A stretch of 64,000 nucleotides of DNA from positions 3,008,001 to 3,072,000 of the forward strand of contig CBDDDZ010000005.1 in assembly GCA_965226795.1 (NCBI GenBank), written 5' to 3'. A model generated the notes under the pieces. That model saw only the letters and a program-made list of their open reading frames with translations, did not search any database and was not told the origin of the DNA. The stretch is from Candidatus Latescibacterota bacterium (lineage in GTDB: Bacteria > Latescibacterota > UBA2968 > GCA-2709665). How positions within the stretch are numbered: position 1 is the stretch's first letter; each line of letters starts with the position of its first letter. This document shows positions 61,853 through 64,000 of the stretch, in pieces. Position numbers and translations under genes: made by a program.

Positions 61853-62584
61853 ATGTGCCGCGTCATCCCGATCCTGATCCTTCTGGCCGCTCTACCGGTC
61901 CATGCCGCGGACCTGTCAGACAACGGCCCCTTGCGTGCCAATCGATGGATGCAGGATGACGAACCCGTGCAGACCGACCGCAAATCGCCCAAACTGGCCT
62001 TCGCGATGTCTCTTATGGTTCCGGGCCTGGGCGAACTCTACGCGGGCGAGGCGAAACGGGCGGCTGTTTTCTTCGGGATCGAAGCGCTCACGTGGTTCAA
62101 CTACCTGCGCTGGCGGAGCAAGGGAAACGACCTCAAAGCCGAATTTCGATCCTTTGCGGACGGAAATTGGGACGAAACCCGATATCGCGCGTGGCAGGAA
62201 TACAACCGGTCCAAGGGCTCGCCCTATATTGAAACCGAGACCCTGCCCTGTAAGCGCGCGCTGGAGGGATGCCACACCGTGGACACTCAGCAATACTACG
62301 AAATGATCGGCAAGTACGACCAGTTTGTATTCGGCTGGAGCGACGTCCACGACGCGGGCTTCGAGACCGGAAACGGGGACGTCCTCTCCAACCAGCGCAT
62401 CGACTACGAGAACCGGCGCAACGATAGCAACAAATTGCTCAAACGCGCCTCGGTCATTGTGGGCCTGACCGTTGTCAACCGCATCGCGAGTTCCATCCAT
62501 GCCGCGTCACGGGCAAGGTCCGTGCGGTTCTCCGTATCGCCCGGACCGGACGGGACTGAAGTGGCACTCCACCTCCCGTTCTGA
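61853..62584 (+). CDS. Hypothetical secreted/membrane protein (DUF5683-like N-terminus)
   Basis: AGGAG RBS, signal peptide, KSPKLAFAMSLMVPGLGELY, QQYYEMIGKY. Confidence 0.7.
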   Translation: MCRVIPILILLAALPVHAADLSDNGPLRANRWMQDDEPVQTDRKSPKLAFAMSLMVPGLGELYAGEAKRAAVFFGIEALTWFNYLRWRSKGNDLKAEFRSFADGNWDETRYRAWQEYNRSKGSPYIETETLPCKRALEGCHTVDTQQYYEMIGKYDQFVFGWSDVHDAGFETGNGDVLSNQRIDYENRRNDSNKLLKRASVIVGLTVVNRIASSIHAASRARSVRFSVSPGPDGTEVALHLPF

Positions 62585-62618
62585 TCGCCGGGCGACACGT
62601 CTTACCGAAGCAACCTGC

Positions 62619-63269
62619 ATGGCAAACCCAATGTCAAAAGCCATCGTCTTTCGCGCGGTCCTGACCCTCCTACTGATCGGCGCGCACTCCGCGGGACACG
62701 CGAAGGGCAAGTCCCCTGCTAAAGCCGCTGTCCTATCGCTCGTCCTGCCCGGTCTGGGCGAGTTCTACGCCGGCGGCCGCCGATCCGCACGCTTCTTCGT
62801 GGTCACGGAAGGGATTTTCTGGTCCGGCATGGCCACATTCCGGTTCCTGGAATCCTACCGCATCGATACGTATCGCGCCCACGCTGCCGCGCATGCCGGT
62901 ATTCGCCTGGCGGACCTGCCCGAGTCTTTCGTCAAGGAAGTGGGCAACTTCGACAGCATCTACGAGCGAAACCAGCGCGAACGCTTCCTCGCCGGCGAAC
63001 ATGCGAATCTGCGGGCCGAAACCCCCGACCTGGTCTGGGAGTGGGATGCCCAGGCCTCCCGGGTCAAGTTTCAGGATCTGCGCAGCAAGGCCACTTCCGC
63101 GGAGCAGAAAGCCTTCCTCTTCGTCGGCGGCCTGATATTCAACCGCTTCGCCAGCGCTCTGAACGCAGCCTCTGTTGCTCGCAGGACCCGTACGCGGGGC
63201 ACCACCGACCTCACGCTTCACGTGGATCCTCGAGGCGACCTGTATGCAAGCCTCGGACACGGTTTCTGA
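62619..63269 (+). CDS. Hypothetical protein related to the upstream gene
   Basis: KSPAKAAVLSLVLPGLGEFY, WEWD. Confidence 0.7.
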   Translation: MANPMSKAIVFRAVLTLLLIGAHSAGHAKGKSPAKAAVLSLVLPGLGEFYAGGRRSARFFVVTEGIFWSGMATFRFLESYRIDTYRAHAAAHAGIRLADLPESFVKEVGNFDSIYERNQRERFLAGEHANLRAETPDLVWEWDAQASRVKFQDLRSKATSAEQKAFLFVGGLIFNRFASALNAASVARRTRTRGTTDLTLHVDPRGDLYASLGHGF

Positions 63270-63385
63270 ATCCCAACCTATATGAGCGCATGTACAATCC
63301 CCCTCAGCCGTGAAAGGGCCGAATCGGCTTGACCTCTACAGTATCGAATCCGTCGGCTGGCGTCTGGCGTTCTGCCTCAGCAGGG

Positions 63386-64000
63386 ATGGTGCTCTGCCTG
63401 CTGCTCAATTCCGCCGCGTTCGCCGACCCGGAAGCCCGCTGCGGTACTCCCTACCTGTCCGTGCGTCCACATCCCGGCGCCGCGGCAAAAAAAACGGCCG
63501 CCGAGACGTTTGACGTCGGCGACCCCCTGACCGTTCGTGCGTTTAATTTCGGCGATGTTGCGGGTTCCGATCCGTACTATCTGACCACAACCACATGCCG
63601 TTTGAAGGGCGAACACTGCTATATCTTCGTGGAGGACGACATCTGGAACGGAACGCGCGTGAACCCCGCCGCTGTCGCAACCCTCGCCCTGGCCTTCGAC
63701 CGATCCACCCCCCGGTATCGCGAACGCGGCATTTTCTCCATCGATACCGAAATCTTCGGCCCCCCGCCCGACGCGGACGGTGATCCGCGGGTCCTGATCG
63801 TTATACTGGATATTTTGGACGGCATCCTGAGCGGCACGTTTGCGGGGTATTACGATACGGCGAACCAGGCGGCTCCGGTCGGCCGGGAAATCCTCTACAT
63901 CGACAGCGATCCCCTGGACCTCGACAGCGACCTGGCGCGCGCCACCCTTGCCCACGAGTTCCAGCACATGCTGCACTGGAACGCCGATCCCGACGAACAC
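63386..64000 (+). CDS. Secreted zinc metallopeptidase (M30-like), runs off window; absent from ORF track
   Basis: Open frame MVLCLLLNSAAFA...GEHCYIFVED...FAGYYD...TLAHEFQHMLHW; start uncertain. Confidence 0.75.
   Translation, partial: MVLCLLLNSAAFADPEARCGTPYLSVRPHPGAAAKKTAAETFDVGDPLTVRAFNFGDVAGSDPYYLTTTTCRLKGEHCYIFVEDDIWNGTRVNPAAVATLALAFDRSTPRYRERGIFSIDTEIFGPPPDADGDPRVLIVILDILDGILSGTFAGYYDTANQAAPVGREILYIDSDPLDLDSDLARATLAHEFQHMLHWNADPDEH

Noticed and set aside
1..64000. tRNA, rRNA, tracrRNA, reverse transcriptase or class 2 effector
   Set aside because: No supporting sequence recognised; the dispersed repeats are co-oriented with the arrays, not anti-repeats

Overview
GC-rich bacterial chromosome segment. 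PorV-like and T9SS-sorted proteins point to an FCB-group organism (inference). Housekeeping and envelope genes at both ends (about 1-8 kb and 45-64 kb) flank a decayed accessory/defence island (about 8-45 kb). The island holds a WYL regulator and a type I-C cas operon (cas5-cas8c-cas7-cas3-cas4-cas1-cas2), with cas2 split by an IS1380-family element. It also holds a 20-repeat I-C array (repeat B) and a 76-repeat array with an unrelated repeat (repeat A) that has no leader and no cognate cas genes here. The most striking signal is a third, variant repeat (A'), found in 8 dispersed copies, that delimits protein-coding cassettes rather than ordinary spacers. These cassettes are: a repeat-punctuated run of small ORFs at 14.5-15.9 kb; a ~55-aa 'WHPDGTPFAP' microprotein present three times, always between two repeats and closing the trailer end of both arrays; a 1.4-kb gene-containing 'giant spacer'; and two hybrid repeatB-spacer-repeatA' mini-arrays. 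A WYL-type operator/promoter is shared by the WYL gene and the small-ORF run. Also present are an Rdx-family CxxU selenoprotein missed by the ORF track, three toxin-antitoxin pairs, REP-like repeats and several internally deleted pseudogenes. All family assignments come from motif recognition by eye; no searches were run.
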